From the human T2T-CHM13v2.0 reference genome, Homo sapiens: a DNA stretch of 64,000 nucleotides. Positions 1 to 12,915 of the stretch are shown here, piece after piece (position 1 is the stretch's first letter; each line of letters starts with the position of its first letter). The DNA lies in assembly GCF_009914755.1 (NCBI RefSeq), contig NC_060940.1, one strand, 5' to 3'. The position numbers and the translations under genes were made by a program. Under the pieces are notes generated by a model. It was not told where the DNA came from. It ran no database searches and saw only the letters and a program-made list of their open reading frames with translations.

Positions 1-991
1 TCATTCTCTCAATCTCTTTCTTTTTGTTTTCTTTTTTCCTCCAGTAATATCCAAAAAGTCCCTTCTCCAGATTAAATCGTCCTGGCTTCAGATATCTAAA
101 GCAGCTATTTTTTTTTTTTCCTTCAGCATTTGAAATGTTTTTAAGGGTTTATTTCAAACACCCTTTTCTTTGAACTGATTGTTCAGAACTTTCATTCCAC
201 TTTGTCAGTGTGTTTGGTAGTAGGCTCCGATTCCTAAAAGGTTTTTATTTCTTCTCTATTAGCGGCCACCACCTGCTTACTGTTTGGATGGGTTTTGCTT
301 TATTTTCTTTGCTTTCATCTATTGAAATGGATGAGAGGAACCTTAGGTAATGAACCTTGTTTCCAGTTTTCCCCCTCACCTCCCCTATTTTTAACTCCTC
401 CTGCCACTGCTAAGGATGAGGCAAAGGACGAAAAGTTCCTGGGTGGTAAGTCTCTGGGAGTCACTCTGCTTTTCTCCCCAGGTGTGGGGATGGAGTGGCA
501 GGCAGCAGAGGGCAGAATGTGCCTGGAATGTTTGCAGTGCTGTTGGCTTTGCAATTGCCTGGCCATCCTGTTTCCCCACAGCAGGATGCATGGTGGCCTT
601 CTAAACGGCCACTCTGGCTGGAGTGAAGAGGTGTCTTTCTCCAATCTTACAGGGACCCCTAAGCTTCATGGGGAGATGTGAGTGTCAGTAGCTGTTGCTG
701 AGGCCCACATTGCCAGACACTAGCTTGTTCCATTTTTGGTTTATCTACACACATTGGCCCTTATGGGAGCAGCCTCACATATAAATATATAAATATTTTA
801 CCAGTTCATCCTGCCCTCAGGGTATCAAGTTTAATGAACTAAATAGCCTCCATTAATCACCCAACAGAATGTTATTTACTTCAAGGGAAAGGGTAAGTGG
901 CCTCTGCAAAGACACGTCAAGGACTCGGTCTCGGCAACTCTTCTCTGTGCTAGGTCTTCCCAAATCTTTAAGAACAAAGTCCTAAATCCCG

Positions 992-1366
<375 letters not shown>

Positions 1367-1376
1367 TTAGTATTAC

Positions 1377-1735
1377 TTTTTAATTAATTAAATAATTAAA
1401 GAGGGTCTCACTCTATTGCTCAGGTGGAGTGCAGTGCTATGATCACGGCTTACTGCAGCCTCAAACTCTTGGTCTCAGGTGATCCCCCCTACCCCAACCT
1501 CCAGAGTAGCTGGGACCACAGGTGCATGCCAGCCATGCCTGGTTAATGTGCGTGGTGTTGTTTTTTTGTTGTTGTTTGTTTGTTTGTTTGTTTTTGTTTG
1601 TTTGTTTGTTTGTTTTTGTAGAGATAGGGTCTCACTATGTTGCCCGAGCTGGTCTCAAACTCTTGGCCTCAAGTGATCCTCCCACCTCTGCCTCTCAAAG
1701 TCCTGGGATTACAGGCATGAGTCAATGTGCCCAGC
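1377..1735 (-). mobile_element. AluJ (Jo-like) with (TTTG)n-expanded linker
   Basis: Reverse Alu motifs GGGTCTCACTCTATTGCTCAGG ... CTGGGATTACAGGCATGAG. The middle linker is replaced by (TTTG)n at ~1557-1617. Confidence 0.93.
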
Positions 1736-2519
1736 TTGCCTACCACATTTTAGATGTCAGTTTCTTCACCCTTTTGTTTAAAATACGGCATACTCTCCCA
1801 TATCTGCCCAGCCCAGAAATGCACGGTCATGGGTTATGTCAGCCCAGGGAGGGTGAGAAAGGTCTTGAGCCCTGTTGTCATGATGACCCCATAGCCAATA
1901 AATCAAGTCCAGTGTAAGTAACATTTGAGCAACTGGAGAAAATGGAACTGAAGTGGGTACATATCAGAGGCCCTTTGACATCTCTGAATATCCTTTGTAA
2001 ATAATATCTATTGCCCAGCTTAGAGCTGTGAGAGCCACTCAGCGCAAGTGTATACGAGTGGAAAAATGAAGGAAAGGGAAGGGCAGAGGGAAGGGAGTGG
2101 AGATTGGTGCTGAGACACAGGGGGTGGCCTTGGGAGCTGATACAGCAGTGCCTGTGTTAAGCTAGGCTGTCCATCCTTTGGCACCCCAGTCCCTACTCCT
2201 GCAGCCACAGATGAAAGGCAAATTTTGCAAGCCAACATCTACCTTGCCCCTTCCTAGGAACAGTGAGGTCCTATCCATTCTGATCCCACTGAAATCTAAG
2301 AGAATTGGTGGAGATCTGCTATCCCAGCCCAGAAAATGGCATCACGTGTGAGGATCGGCCCTTCACATCCCTTCTTTTGCAGGGCTGACCACCGCCTCAC
2401 CCACTCCCTGCTAGAGGGGTCCGGCCCCTCCCTGCACACATCCAGACTCTCCAAAGCATCTTGCATTTGGCCAGAGGTCTCGGGAAGCCTCTCCAGGCTG
2501 TGTAGGGCTTTAGCCCAAC

Positions 2520-2900
2520 ACTAATTAGTAATGCAATCCCGCAAAGAGTGAAGCTGCCTGCCACCTCCCCTCACTCATAGTGATTTATGTTCAATTTGTA
2601 CAAATGGAGAAAATGAGATTTCAAATTTCAATGCCATTTCTGCAATGAGGTGATTAAAAGAGAGAGAGGTATCGCCTTCCACTGTATAGAATATTGATCC
2701 CAGTGCTATTTTCCTTTGCAATAACCATTAGCTCAGTATTATTTGCAAACCTCTAATGTGAACCTGGAGATGTAATTTACATTTGTGCCTCACTTATTCG
2801 CTTTAACAAAACAACACAAAAGCTTTGGATCTTTCAATCTATCCATATTGTCAATAAAATTAGCAGCTTGAAGGGAAAAAATTATATTCAAAACCATAAC
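2520..2900. promoter_or_regulatory. Candidate developmental enhancer (homeodomain/SOX motif cluster)
   Basis: Repeat-free AT-rich stretch containing CTAATTAG (2521), TGATTTAT (2581, PBX-HOX-like), the palindrome ATTTGTACAAAT (2594-2605), TGATTAA, and ATTGTCAATAAAA (~2847-2859). Motif inference only. Confidence 0.35.
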
Positions 2901-3099
2901 TTCCCATTAACTACCGCAAGACACAACACATCGTTGCAAAAGAGAGAGAGCTTCGTAGCTAAATCCTTTCTTGTTCTTTCTTTTCCTCCGCCCCCTCTTC
3001 CCCCTCCATGGGGTTAGAATTCAATGAACAAACTTGAAAGTGAAACATCCCCTCCTCTGAATGTGGATCAGCTTAGGGTCTGGGGGCTGGCTGTGCACA

Positions 3100-3281
3100 T
3101 CTGAGGCCCGATCCCTCCGAGGGTGACCCCGGAGGAAGAGAACGCGTGGGCCCCTGCTCCAAGTGCCAGCGCACGCCTGGCCCAGAGGTCCATCGGGCTG
3201 CCAGGACAAATGCGTACGCATAGACACGTGCACGGAGCCTCCGAGAGAGAGCGAGAGACCAAGAGCGAGCGAGTGAGAGAC

Positions 3282-3313
<32 letters not shown>

Positions 3314-3740
3314 TTCCTCAAGAGAGCCGGGAGCCAGGGTAGGGACCAAAAGGGCTGGAAGAAAAGATGAGAAGGAGGTAATCAAGAAATAAAAGCATGG
3401 GGGCTGTGCTCTGCCAATTCAAATGGCAGTTCCGTCAGCCTCGACGCTGAACAAATAGGCCACGTAGCTCCGCGTTCTCATTTCTTGTCTCTGCAAATCC
3501 GTCAGCTGCCTACAAGGGCCTACCAGACCCTGGAAGACGAGAACAAGAAAAAGGGAGAGTGGGGGGCGGGGGAGCTAATGACCCATAATTGCCATGATAG
3601 TGGGAGAGGGGCCAAGCAGCTGTTTTACATTCCTGGTATGTATAGTATGCAAATATCGACAAAGGCTCGACACAGTTTCGCTATTGTGGATCCGGAGGGT
3701 AACCAAATTAGCCTTTGGCAGCCATGGTAATTGGGAGGTG
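3100..3740 (+). promoter_or_regulatory. CpG-retaining promoter/first-exon-like island
   Basis: Dense CpGs at 3108-3500 in a CpG-depleted background, a (GA)n tract, a GC box (~3561-3572), X-box-like motifs at 3588-3601 and 3718-3731, and a donor GAG|GTAATC at 3377/3378. Confidence 0.55.
3243..3313 (+). repeat. (GA)n / GA-rich simple repeat
   Basis: Directly visible imperfect (GA)n. Confidence 0.95.
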
Positions 3741-3930
3741 CTGTTCCCATTAGGAGTCCTGCAAATTATGAAGAAAAATGGACCGAGGGCTTTGTCACAA
3801 ATAATAATACCAAGAAGAAAAGCGCAGGCGGCTGTCTTTTCTTTTCTTCCCCTGTTCCCCACCCTCTGCCTTTGTTTTTTTTTTTTTTTTTTTAATTTCT
3901 GCATTGTGTTGTTAATACCTCTCCATTTAG

Positions 3931-4054
3931 TAATAAGAAAACAGTCTGAAATCCCCCACTAGACAGTGCACGGACTTGATTGCAAGAATGTCAAGTTTGC
4001 AGGAGGGTCCGGGGGGAAGAGCTGCTTTCTGTTGCCCGAGCCCAGGGGCTGCAG
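3931..4054 (+). other. Candidate non-coding exon (124 nt)
   Basis: Long pyrimidine/poly-T tract upstream, acceptor CTCCATTTAG| at 3930 and donor CAG|GTAGGA at 4054/4055. Confidence 0.3.
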
Positions 4055-5519
4055 GTAGGAAAGGCGCAGTTGTGCAGCAGTAAAGACTTCCCGCCCAGAG
4101 TCCTAGGTGAAGAGAGAAGCCTAAAAACTGACGTCTCAAAGAAAACGCTCTTTCCACGAAGCATCTTCTCCGTATTGTAAGGGTGCAGAGAACATCTCTT
4201 CCTGGAGCATAGCTGGGCTTTATCCTCCACCTCACTCCCAAAGAGTCTAAAGTTCTGGCTTGATTGAGGCTCTAATCTCTTAACAATTCAGACATGGGCT
4301 TGAAAAACCTCCAGTCATGATGCATTAAGCCCCGAACTCATGCCGAAAAGGTTTGCAGACTTTCGCCCTTGGCATTCCCTTGAGATGGCCTAATTCCATG
4401 TCCCTGGGAGCTGGGTGCCTGGTGACCAGATGGGCCACCGGCATATCAGATGACGCTATGATGAGCTCAGCCCTTTGTGGGGCATGAGTAAATGAGGCAG
4501 AATGGTCCGTTCGGGGCCAAGTTTGCCCCAGAGGAGAGACACAGTATCACCACGGTAGCAGGGAACTGTGATGCCTACAGTGCATACCCATGTGAGGAGT
4601 AAAGGACCAATACTTCCCAAAGCATTCTCTCCTTTAAAACAATCAACTTCCATTTTCCTATGTTTTAGCATCTGTTGGTTTGGCCAGAGGAACACCTTCG
4701 ATGAGAAGGGGCTCTCTGGAAATACGATGTCTTTCATCTATGTTCCTCCAGTTACATAGGAACATCTCATGCATGGTTCGCATTTTATTTTTACATTGTA
4801 TTTCATACAAATGTACAATGTTAAAACACAGAAAGGAATATAAATCTACTTGGATAACTGAAAGGATACTACCACATACTCGCCTTTAGAACCAGACAGA
4901 ATTTCCCATAAGGAAAAAAAAAAATGGAATTTTCATAAGGTTTGAAGTGTCCTCAGAGACACGACTATAAAAGGATACTGCCAATTTTGTCCTCCAAAGG
5001 GTAAAGAAAGAAGTAATGGCTAGTTGCATGCATTTGGGAAATTAACAAAAATAGGAGGAGGACTGAAAATAGATCAGGTCATAGCAAAGTCAAATAGAGG
5101 GTTGAAAAATGAGTAAGAGGAAACGGCAACTTGCTTGCACAATGTCAGTGCAGGTGGGACCAATGGGTGACTTCAGGAATGGAGTGAGGAGGAAAATAGC
5201 CAACCATGATACTGGTTTCTTTCCTTTGTGTAATGTCCAAATCCCATTTCAGTAGACAAGGGAATACTGGCCCCCATTCCTTGCTAGTTTTAAATGAAGA
5301 ACATTCAGCTGTTTAGATACAGTCCAGGTTTCAAGTCTGTTTCAAGGTAAATTTGAGGGTGAGGGAGAAAAAAAAAAAAAGAAAAAAAAACTTTCTAGCA
5401 TTTACAATAATTTTTCTTAAGAAAAAAATATTCTTTGATGAAAATACTCTACCATTTGGGGACTGTGTTTAGGTTTTTGTTCTAGGTCCACCCCTTGACA
5501 TGCTGATAAGGGCTGCAGT

Positions 5520-5999
5520 GTCCAGTACCCTGCTCGACCTTTCTCTCTTCCCTTCTCAGAGTTCCAGCCACACTAAGTGTCTTTCTGTGTGTGTTGAACC
5601 CAGTATGCTTTTTCTCATCTCTTATTTTCACACAAGCTACTCCCTCTGCCCGCTGGATGTCCCTGTGTACTGCCCTACCATGTGACACAGGTCTGCACAC
5701 ATCCCTTGGGCTGGCTCATCCTCATCCTCTTCCTCAGGTCACTGCTTAGATACTACTTCCCCCACACAGCCTTCCAGCCTTGTCTGACTTTCTTAGTCTG
5801 GGTGAAAACTCCTCCTACCATCTGCTCTCAAGTGCCTAGTGCCGGAACTTATGACAGAATTTTCTGTCTAATCACTTTTCCAAGGCTGTGAGCAACAGGA
5901 GAGCAGGGACCACCTCTCTTGTTCATCAATGTGTCCCAAGTTCCTAGCCCAGTGTCTGGCACATAGCAGTTGAGCCATAAACATATGTTGAGTGAATGT
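5520..5999 (+). mobile_element. L2 LINE 3' fragment
   Basis: Typical L2 3' end CCTAGCCCAGTGTCTGGCACATAGCAG...TGTTGAGTGAATG. Confidence 0.75.
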
Positions 6000-6039
6000 C
6001 ATCTGATTATTCAGAAGCTTAATTGAGGGCCTAAAGTAT

Positions 6040-6446
6040 TGAGGCAGCAGAATGGGTCTGAAGGCGGGGAACATAAGGCTGATTCATGCTGACTTCCTAG
6101 AACTAAATCAAATGGATTCGATTCAGCTATGACAGGAAATATCCTCTCCATTTACACAGGGCATACACGGAGTAAATGACTTTGTAACTTTACTTCATCC
6201 TCTTCATTTACATAGGACATACACCAAGTAACCAGTGGAAACCTCTAGAGGGTATTGAAACACCAGAAAATTCTGTAATGGGGCTCTTGAGCCCCTGTGC
6301 TCAGGCCTGCTCCCACCCTGTGGAGTGTACTTTCCTTTTCAATAAATCTTTGCTTTGTTGCTTCATTCTTTCCTTGCTTTGTTTGTGTGTGTTTGTTCAA
6401 TTCTTTGTCAAGATGTCAAGAACCTGGACACCCTCCACCAGTAACA
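6040..6446 (+). mobile_element. ERV1 solo LTR, MER61-type
   Basis: TG...CA termini (TGAGGCAG...CCAGTAACA), an internal AATAAA, and a 4-bp TSD GTAT (6036-6039 / 6447-6450). Matches the recalled MER61 consensus. Confidence 0.85.
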
Positions 6447-6696
6447 GTATCACTTGATAACAGGTCTCTAACACTTGGCTTTTGCATTGAGGAATTCTGC
6501 CTTCGAGGAATACCTATCAATTCCAGAATCCCAGAGGGTCCCCCACATAAAGATAGACCTGCATTTATTCCAAACACCAAAATTAACTGGATAGTGCTGG
6601 GATTAGAGGTGTGATGCAGTTTTTATTCTAGCCCAGGACTTTCCTGGTTTCCTGCTAAATCTAGGGTCTCTCTTGCTCATTTTTTTTTCTCTTCAG

Positions 6697-6839
6697 GAAT
6701 GAAGTTTGCTTTTATCTGCAAATGTTGCTAAGAAAGAATCCATCGTTCAATGTACCGTGGTCCACTCTGCACTTTAGGGTCTCAGGCTTTACCCAGAACC
6801 TGGAGCAAGACCACTTCAACTCTTGCAAGAAATTCACAG
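6697..6839 (+). other. Candidate internal non-coding exon (143 nt)
   Basis: Branch-like CTCAT, acceptor TTTTTTTTCTCTTCAG|G and donor CAG|GTAACA. Confidence 0.35.
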
Positions 6840-7304
6840 GTAACACTAAGGCAAATTCTTTCCACTGTAAGGCCAAGGCAATTTGGGTTACTGGGTATTT
6901 ATATCTTAGGTATATATGTGTTATGGCATAAAACCTGCTTGGAAAAATAAGACTTATAAATGGACAGCAATAACAGAACTAAAACGATGGAAAATGGTAT
7001 GAGAGATTGGAGTTGGGTAGAAGAATAGTGTTCCTTATGCTGAAATAGCTTGCTATTTAGAAAAAGTGAGGGTTTTTGACCTGGAGGAAATGGCAAAAGA
7101 CTATCAATAGGGAGAGTGCTAGGGCAGAGGATTCCCGAGTGGAGGTTCATAAAAAATTAAGCTCGGATAGGGACCACATAGGTGAGAGACGTTAATAACA
7201 AATGAAAGAGTTTAGTTAATGGTGGGCAGCTTGGGTGTGGCGCTGTAGGGTGCAGTTACTCAAATGTCTTCTGAACCCATCTCAGGAGGACTCTTACTAA
7301 GGTC

Positions 7305-8070
7305 TGTTATAGCAAGGGTCCAATAAATCACACCTCTCTGTATCTATGTGATTTTTTTTTTTTTTTTGGCAGAGTCTCGATCTGTTGCCCAGGCTGGAGT
7401 GCCAGCATGATTATGGCTCCTTGCAGCCTCAGTCTCCTGAGCTCAAGTGATCTTCCCACCTCAGCCTTCTGAGTAGCTGGGACCACAGGCACATGCCACC
7501 ATGCCCAGCTAATTTTTTATTTTTATTATTTTGTAGACACGGGTTCTCACTGTGTTGCCCAGGCTAGTCTTCAACTCCTGGGCTCAAGTGATACTCACCT
7601 CAGCCTCCCAAAGTGATGGAATTACAGGCGTGAGCCACTGCGCTCAGCTCATGTGATTTCTTAGCCTCCTCCCGCACTAACTCTGGGCTTGGCTTTGTGA
7701 GTTGTTTTGGCTGATGGGACTTTAGCAAATGTGATGCAAGCAGAAGTTTGAAAAGTGCTCATTCATCGGAGTTTGCCTTCTCTGGCTCTTTGCTGGGACT
7801 CCTTCTAGCACCATATGCAAAAAGCTGAGCCTAGCCTGTTTGAAGATGAGAACCTACATGGAAAGAGAGGTCCACCTGTCATTGCTGACTCACCTGAGGT
7901 CCCAGACATCTAAGCAAGCCCAGCCAACATGATGTGATACAGAAACGCACCCACCCAACTATGTCTAGCATAAATGTTCTACCTGCAGAGCAGTGAGCAA
8001 CTGTATCATTTTTGTTCCAAGCTTCTAATTTGGGGGGTGATTTATTCACTTGGCAATAAATAACTGGTAC
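7305..8070 (+). mobile_element. MLT1 (G/H-type) MaLR LTR interrupted by an Alu
   Basis: MLT1 motifs ACTCTGGGCTTGGC..., TTAGCAAATGTGATGCAAGCAGA, and 3' end GCAATAAATAACTGGTACA. Confidence 0.75.
7352..7650 (-). mobile_element. AluJ inserted in MLT1
   Basis: Reverse Alu with poly-T and TSD ATGTGATTT (7346 / 7651). Confidence 0.95.
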
Positions 8071-8794
8071 AAGGTCCTCACAAAAGGAGCCTAGAAGAAT
8101 TTGAGAGAACAAATTTGCTCCTTTGGGAGCTAATGTAAGAGCTGCAAACACTGAAGAAAGCTAAAGGAATGGTGCCATCCTTTAGGGCTGGCTGATCAGA
8201 AGTGTTGCAATACCAGGGCAGGTTGAGGGTAGCAGCCATATGGGTGGCAAAGGAAGGAGGGACAGCCTACTATAGTGCTGATGAAAAGAGCAACATGGAC
8301 CTGCACGGGGTGGGGTAGGGGTAAAGGAAGGCGAGAGTGATGGAGAGAATAGCAGAGCCCACATCAGCAGGGACCTCATGGCCCAATGGCAGGCCATGGC
8401 ACTGTCAGCCCATCTGGAGAAACCACAGGGATATGAAAATAGGTGGTGGTATTGACACGGATGGAAACAACTGGCAGATCTCAATGGCTGCCTCCTGGGA
8501 TCCTGGGCAAATAAACACTGGGGATGGGGGTGATGTTTTGATTACACTGGGAAAAGCTTCAATTATCAAGTTTCCCTCATTCCAGGCACTTGTCTGACTT
8601 AGGAAGCCATAGGATTCCTGGAAAATAAAACTGTAGGACAAGATGTACAAAATCCAGCAAAAGTCGTCTGTCATCCCAGACATTACTTTTCTATTTTCAT
8701 GACCCCATTGCTATTGAAGTTGAGGTCCAATATATACCCAGTTGTTACGATGCTAAGACAGACTGGAGATGAAGAGCGTTTGTTCTAGAAAGAA

Positions 8795-8987
8795 CCAAAT
8801 GCCAGCTTAACCACCCACTATTTAGTGACCCTGGGCAATTTATTTAACCTTAGTTTTCTTCATCTGTAAAATGGAACTAATAATAGTTCCTATCTCATAT
8901 GGCTGTTGTGAAGATTAAATGAAATTATACAAAGTGTTTAGCATGGTATCAGATACATAGCAAACTCTTAAAGTTGCTATGATTATT
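8795..8987 (+). mobile_element. MIR SINE
   Basis: Core GTGACCCTGGGCAA...TTCTTCATCTGTAAAATGG...GTTGTGAAGATTAAATGA. Confidence 0.85.
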
Positions 8988-10501
8988 TTCGATAGCTATT
9001 TAGAACTCCAGATTTTCTGAGCAATTCATTTGGATTATCAAGAAAAATTTCATCATCTGAATATCATCAGTACCTTCCGTGATACCTAAAATATATTAAT
9101 TAGGGAAAATGCCCTCTTGATCCCAGCATTTGAATCTGGGAGGGAGAGAAGATAATCCTATACTTTCCTTATGTTTGGCATTCTAATGTATTCCTGATGA
9201 AAATCTTGATGCACATTCAACTGTATTGGATCTTTATTTTTATCCCATCTGACTAGCAAGTTCTCATTAAGATATGATTTAAGAACTGAACGTTCATTAA
9301 AAAGATCATTTCATGACAAAGTGAGATGAGCAACGTAGAAATGATTCCATAGCTTCTCTAGATCATTCCATTTAGGGCTTTTTTCCAACTGAATCCAGCA
9401 TAATTCATAGAAGCACTAAGATTTGCCTTTCGAAGGTCTGGAATAATTCAGCAATTAACATCATACACTCTTATTACCTGATGCATTAGATCCAAATTGC
9501 AACAAATACCAATGCTAGCAATTTGTTTTTCCTATAACTTGCTTACTTTAAGCAGCATTATCTTGGAAATCTTTCTTCTTAAATTCGGTTCTAAGAAAAA
9601 ATATTCACAAATAATTTATTTCAAAATAATCTCTCCTTACTTTTTTTAAAGAGTAGAATTATGTAGAAAAAAATCAGTAACATCACTTTATAAAAAGAAA
9701 CAAAATTCTGACTCAGAATGCTTAAAACAATTTTTCTCTGATAGGTTTTTTTTTCTGACTGAATAAAACAAAGCTCATAGTAATTGTAACAACATTAGCA
9801 CTCTTTCAAGAGTGGAGATTAGTCACTGAAATCTTGTGTTCTACAATGTCAAAATTTGTCTGAACTGCACTTCAATAAAATCACAAAATGATAACAGTGT
9901 CTCCATTCATGCTATATAAATATGAAAAACATCAAATCAAGTGGAAAAACATGAGATGTGCCATTTATATAATTGTTACAAATTTCTGTTGTACAACCAA
10001 TTTCTACAAAATTCCATTGCAGCTATTCAAATACTTGTGGAAGAATATCTTAAAACCTTTACATTTCACGTCTTAAAGTTAACTTAATGGAAATACTATC
10101 AGTAGACACACTGACAGTTTTATCAAGAATTCCGCTGCAGCTCAGAATGGAGGAATAACATCAGCTGCTTCATCTACTGAGACATCCAGTTCAAGGATCA
10201 TCACACTAACTCCAGTATTTCCACTAACATATTCCCAAAGATGGGAAGCTTTCCATAGTGTTTCCAAGGCAGGTTTGTGAACTTTTGCCCAATTCCCATT
10301 GAAAACGTTTTAATGGCATAAAAATATTCTCTCATTGTTCATGCTACTAAAAATTTTATTTTGGTTTAACCAATGTGGAAATTAGTTTCAAGGTGGACCT
10401 GATACGTCTGAAATAAAAATTGAATTGCTATGTTACGTAACTCCACCTTTCACTGACGCAACCCCATTTAACAAATCCCTTTGCGTTAAAACAATAAAAT
10501 A

Positions 10502-10803
10502 GGTCAGTGCAGTGGCTCATGCTTATAATCCCAGCACTTTGGGAGGTTGAGGCAGGCAGATAGCTCGAGCCCAGGAGCTTGAGACTAGCCTGGGAAATAT
10601 GGAAAAGCTCCATCTCTACAAAAAATACAAAAATTAGCCAAGCGTGGTGGCACGTGCTATAGTCCCAGCTACTCAGGAGGGTGAGGTGGAAGGATCACTT
10701 GAACCCAGGAGGTCGATGCTACAGTGAGCCCTGATAGTGCCATTGCATTCCAGCCTGGACAACAGAACAAGACCCTGTCTCTCAAAATATAAATAAAATA
10801 AAA
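10502..10803 (+). mobile_element. AluJ
   Basis: Two Alu arms and an A-rich tail. Confidence 0.93.
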
Positions 10804-11035
10804 CACCGCCTCTCCAATGAAACTAAGAAACTGCAGAGGTGAGAGCTAACTGATATTTCTTTGAATGAATATATAATACAATGTCAGATTTCTCCTGTGA
10901 CTAATATTTATCTCATTACTCTGTTGGGTGCAGTTTTTATATATGGTTGCCATATTTCTATAAAGTGGATATACCTTTGACAAAATGTCATCGAAATATT
11001 CTTGGTCACCCTGCTTTTTACACTAATGAGATTTC

Positions 11036-11379
11036 TATTAGTCAGGATAAAGTTAAGCTCTGCTGTGGTAACAAATAAACCCCTAAATCTCAGTGGCTTG
11101 ACATATCACATCCACACAAAAGCTGACATGACTTAGGAAGTCCTCCTTCCTCTTGAAGCTGAGTTATCTGGAGTATGGCCTTGGCTGTTATTGTGTCGGG
11201 GGCAGAGAGATGGAAAAGGACCTGGCTTTTACCTGTTTCAGCCCAGAGGTGATACATGTCACTTTCTCTCTCCCTATCCATTGACTGGAATTGGTCACAT
11301 GGCTTCAATTCACTGCAAAGGTGCTGCAGAAATATCACAGAGCATGCAGATAGCTGGAAAGCACCAACTGTCTGCCACA
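11036..11379 (-). mobile_element. Old MLT1 (J/K/L-type) LTR
   Basis: TATTAGTCAGGAT...CTGCTGTGGTAACAAAT...CTCAGTGGCTT and GGTCACATGGC motifs of a reverse MLT1. Confidence 0.7.
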
Positions 11380-11644
11380 GGCATTAAAATAAACATAATG
11401 AAGCTATTTTGAATACGCTTCAAAAGATTTCAAACTGTAGGCATGTGACTTGTGCTAAACCATTCAGAAATCCGTGGCATCCTCACTACTTCATAACAGA
11501 GTCAATATTCATTACGTGTGTGTTTACATGGGTAGCACTGAGTCTCATTGGCTGGCAAAGTGGCACAGGTGTACATACTATGGATAATATGTGTGCTTAT
11601 AGATAATGATATGGTCTAAAATGAAACTAGTTTGGTCTAACTCG

Positions 11645-11865
11645 TTGCTTGTCAACTAGGGACAAAATTGCACTTAGCAGTGTATAGAGACATTTTTGAT
11701 TATCACAGCTGGAGGCAAGTGGTGGGGGTGTCACTGACATCTAGTAGGTAAAGGCCACGGATGCTGCTAAACATCCTAAATGCACAAATCAGACACCCAT
11801 CTCAACTGTGAATCGTCAGTGTTGTTGGCCCAAATTGTCAATGTTGGTGAAGCTAAGAAACTCTG
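11645..11865 (+). mobile_element. MER20 (hAT-Charlie) DNA transposon
   Basis: GAGACATTTTTGATTATCAC, CATCTAGTAGGTAAAGGCCACGGATGCTGCTAAACATCCTA and AGAAACTCTG end. Confidence 0.85.
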
Positions 11866-11969
11866 GTCTACCAGATGATCCAGGAAATGCTATCTCCCCA
11901 TCTTGCCCATTGAGTGCTTTTCAACAGCCAGAAGCAATTGCTTCCTTTCAGCTGCATATTCTTGCTTCC

Positions 11970-12915
11970 TTGGTCCCTTCATTGATGGTTCCAAAATCTG
12001 TATATCCAAATGCTACATACCTATGCAGCTGTCTATCAGTTACATTTATCGAGATGTCCAACCATCTCCTTACATGAAATCTGTGCAAAATGAAATTCAT
12101 TGCCATCTCCTGCCTCTGACTCCAACCTCTTTCCCACCTTCTTTAGTGCCATTGGCCTTCACCTTTCAGTCACCCAAGCTGGAAACCTTAAACAAGCCAC
12201 TCCTGACTCCTCCCCCTTCACAGTTCCACACACCACCCAATTCTGTAGATTTTTAGCTCCCACAAGACTTCGGACTCTGATATCCCTCTCTGTCTCCTTT
12301 GTTTCCTCTTGTATGGCTGTGTTGACTGGAATCCACGTAAAATAATAATAATGGTTTACTGCTATTCTCCTAGGAAGTATCCCTAACACCAGTCTCTCTC
12401 CACCCTGATCCAACTTCCACATTGCCACCAGGGAAGCTGCATGGCAGCATAGAAAAAGTGAGGGATCTAGAATCAATAGACCTACATTTCAAACCCAGGT
12501 CTTCCTGCATAACGCATGGGATGCACCTTAACCTCTTGAAACCACAGATGTAAAATGGGACTAAAAGCCTCCCCCTTACAAAGTGGTCTTGAAGGTTAAA
12601 TATCACATATAAAAATCCTCCAGCCTAAACCCTGGCACGCATGGTTGCTCCATATGTTTCACCGTTATTTATCTTTGTCATTATTATATTGCTTCTAAAG
12701 TCACCCTTAACATTAAACAACTGCAGTTTGTAAGGATTAAGTTTTCATTCCCAAATGCCTTAAACCTTCAATAAACTGCTCCTAGCGGACTGTGGTGAGA
12801 CTGTAAATTCTAGCTGGTGACCAACCATGACTGTATTATTTCTCACTGTAACCACTGTGCATCGAGTACATAGTAGGTGCTCAATAAATAAATAAATGTT
12901 AATCAAGTGAATAAT
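11970..12915 (+). mobile_element. L2 fragments interrupted by a MIR (~12440-12690)
   Basis: L2 body (CAGTCACCCAAGCTGGAAACCT) and 3' end ACATAGTAGGTGCTCAATAAAT, with a MIR core between them. Confidence 0.6.

Noticed and set aside
3123-3392. RE/ER-rich ORFs (also 35344-35634 and 63722-63958) and their SL-rich antisense counterparts
   Set aside because: They are translation artefacts of (GA)n repeats.
6155-6230. p53 response element in the MER61 LTR
   Set aside because: The corresponding decamers (GGGCATACAC, GGACATACAC) lack the CWWG core and are not paired.
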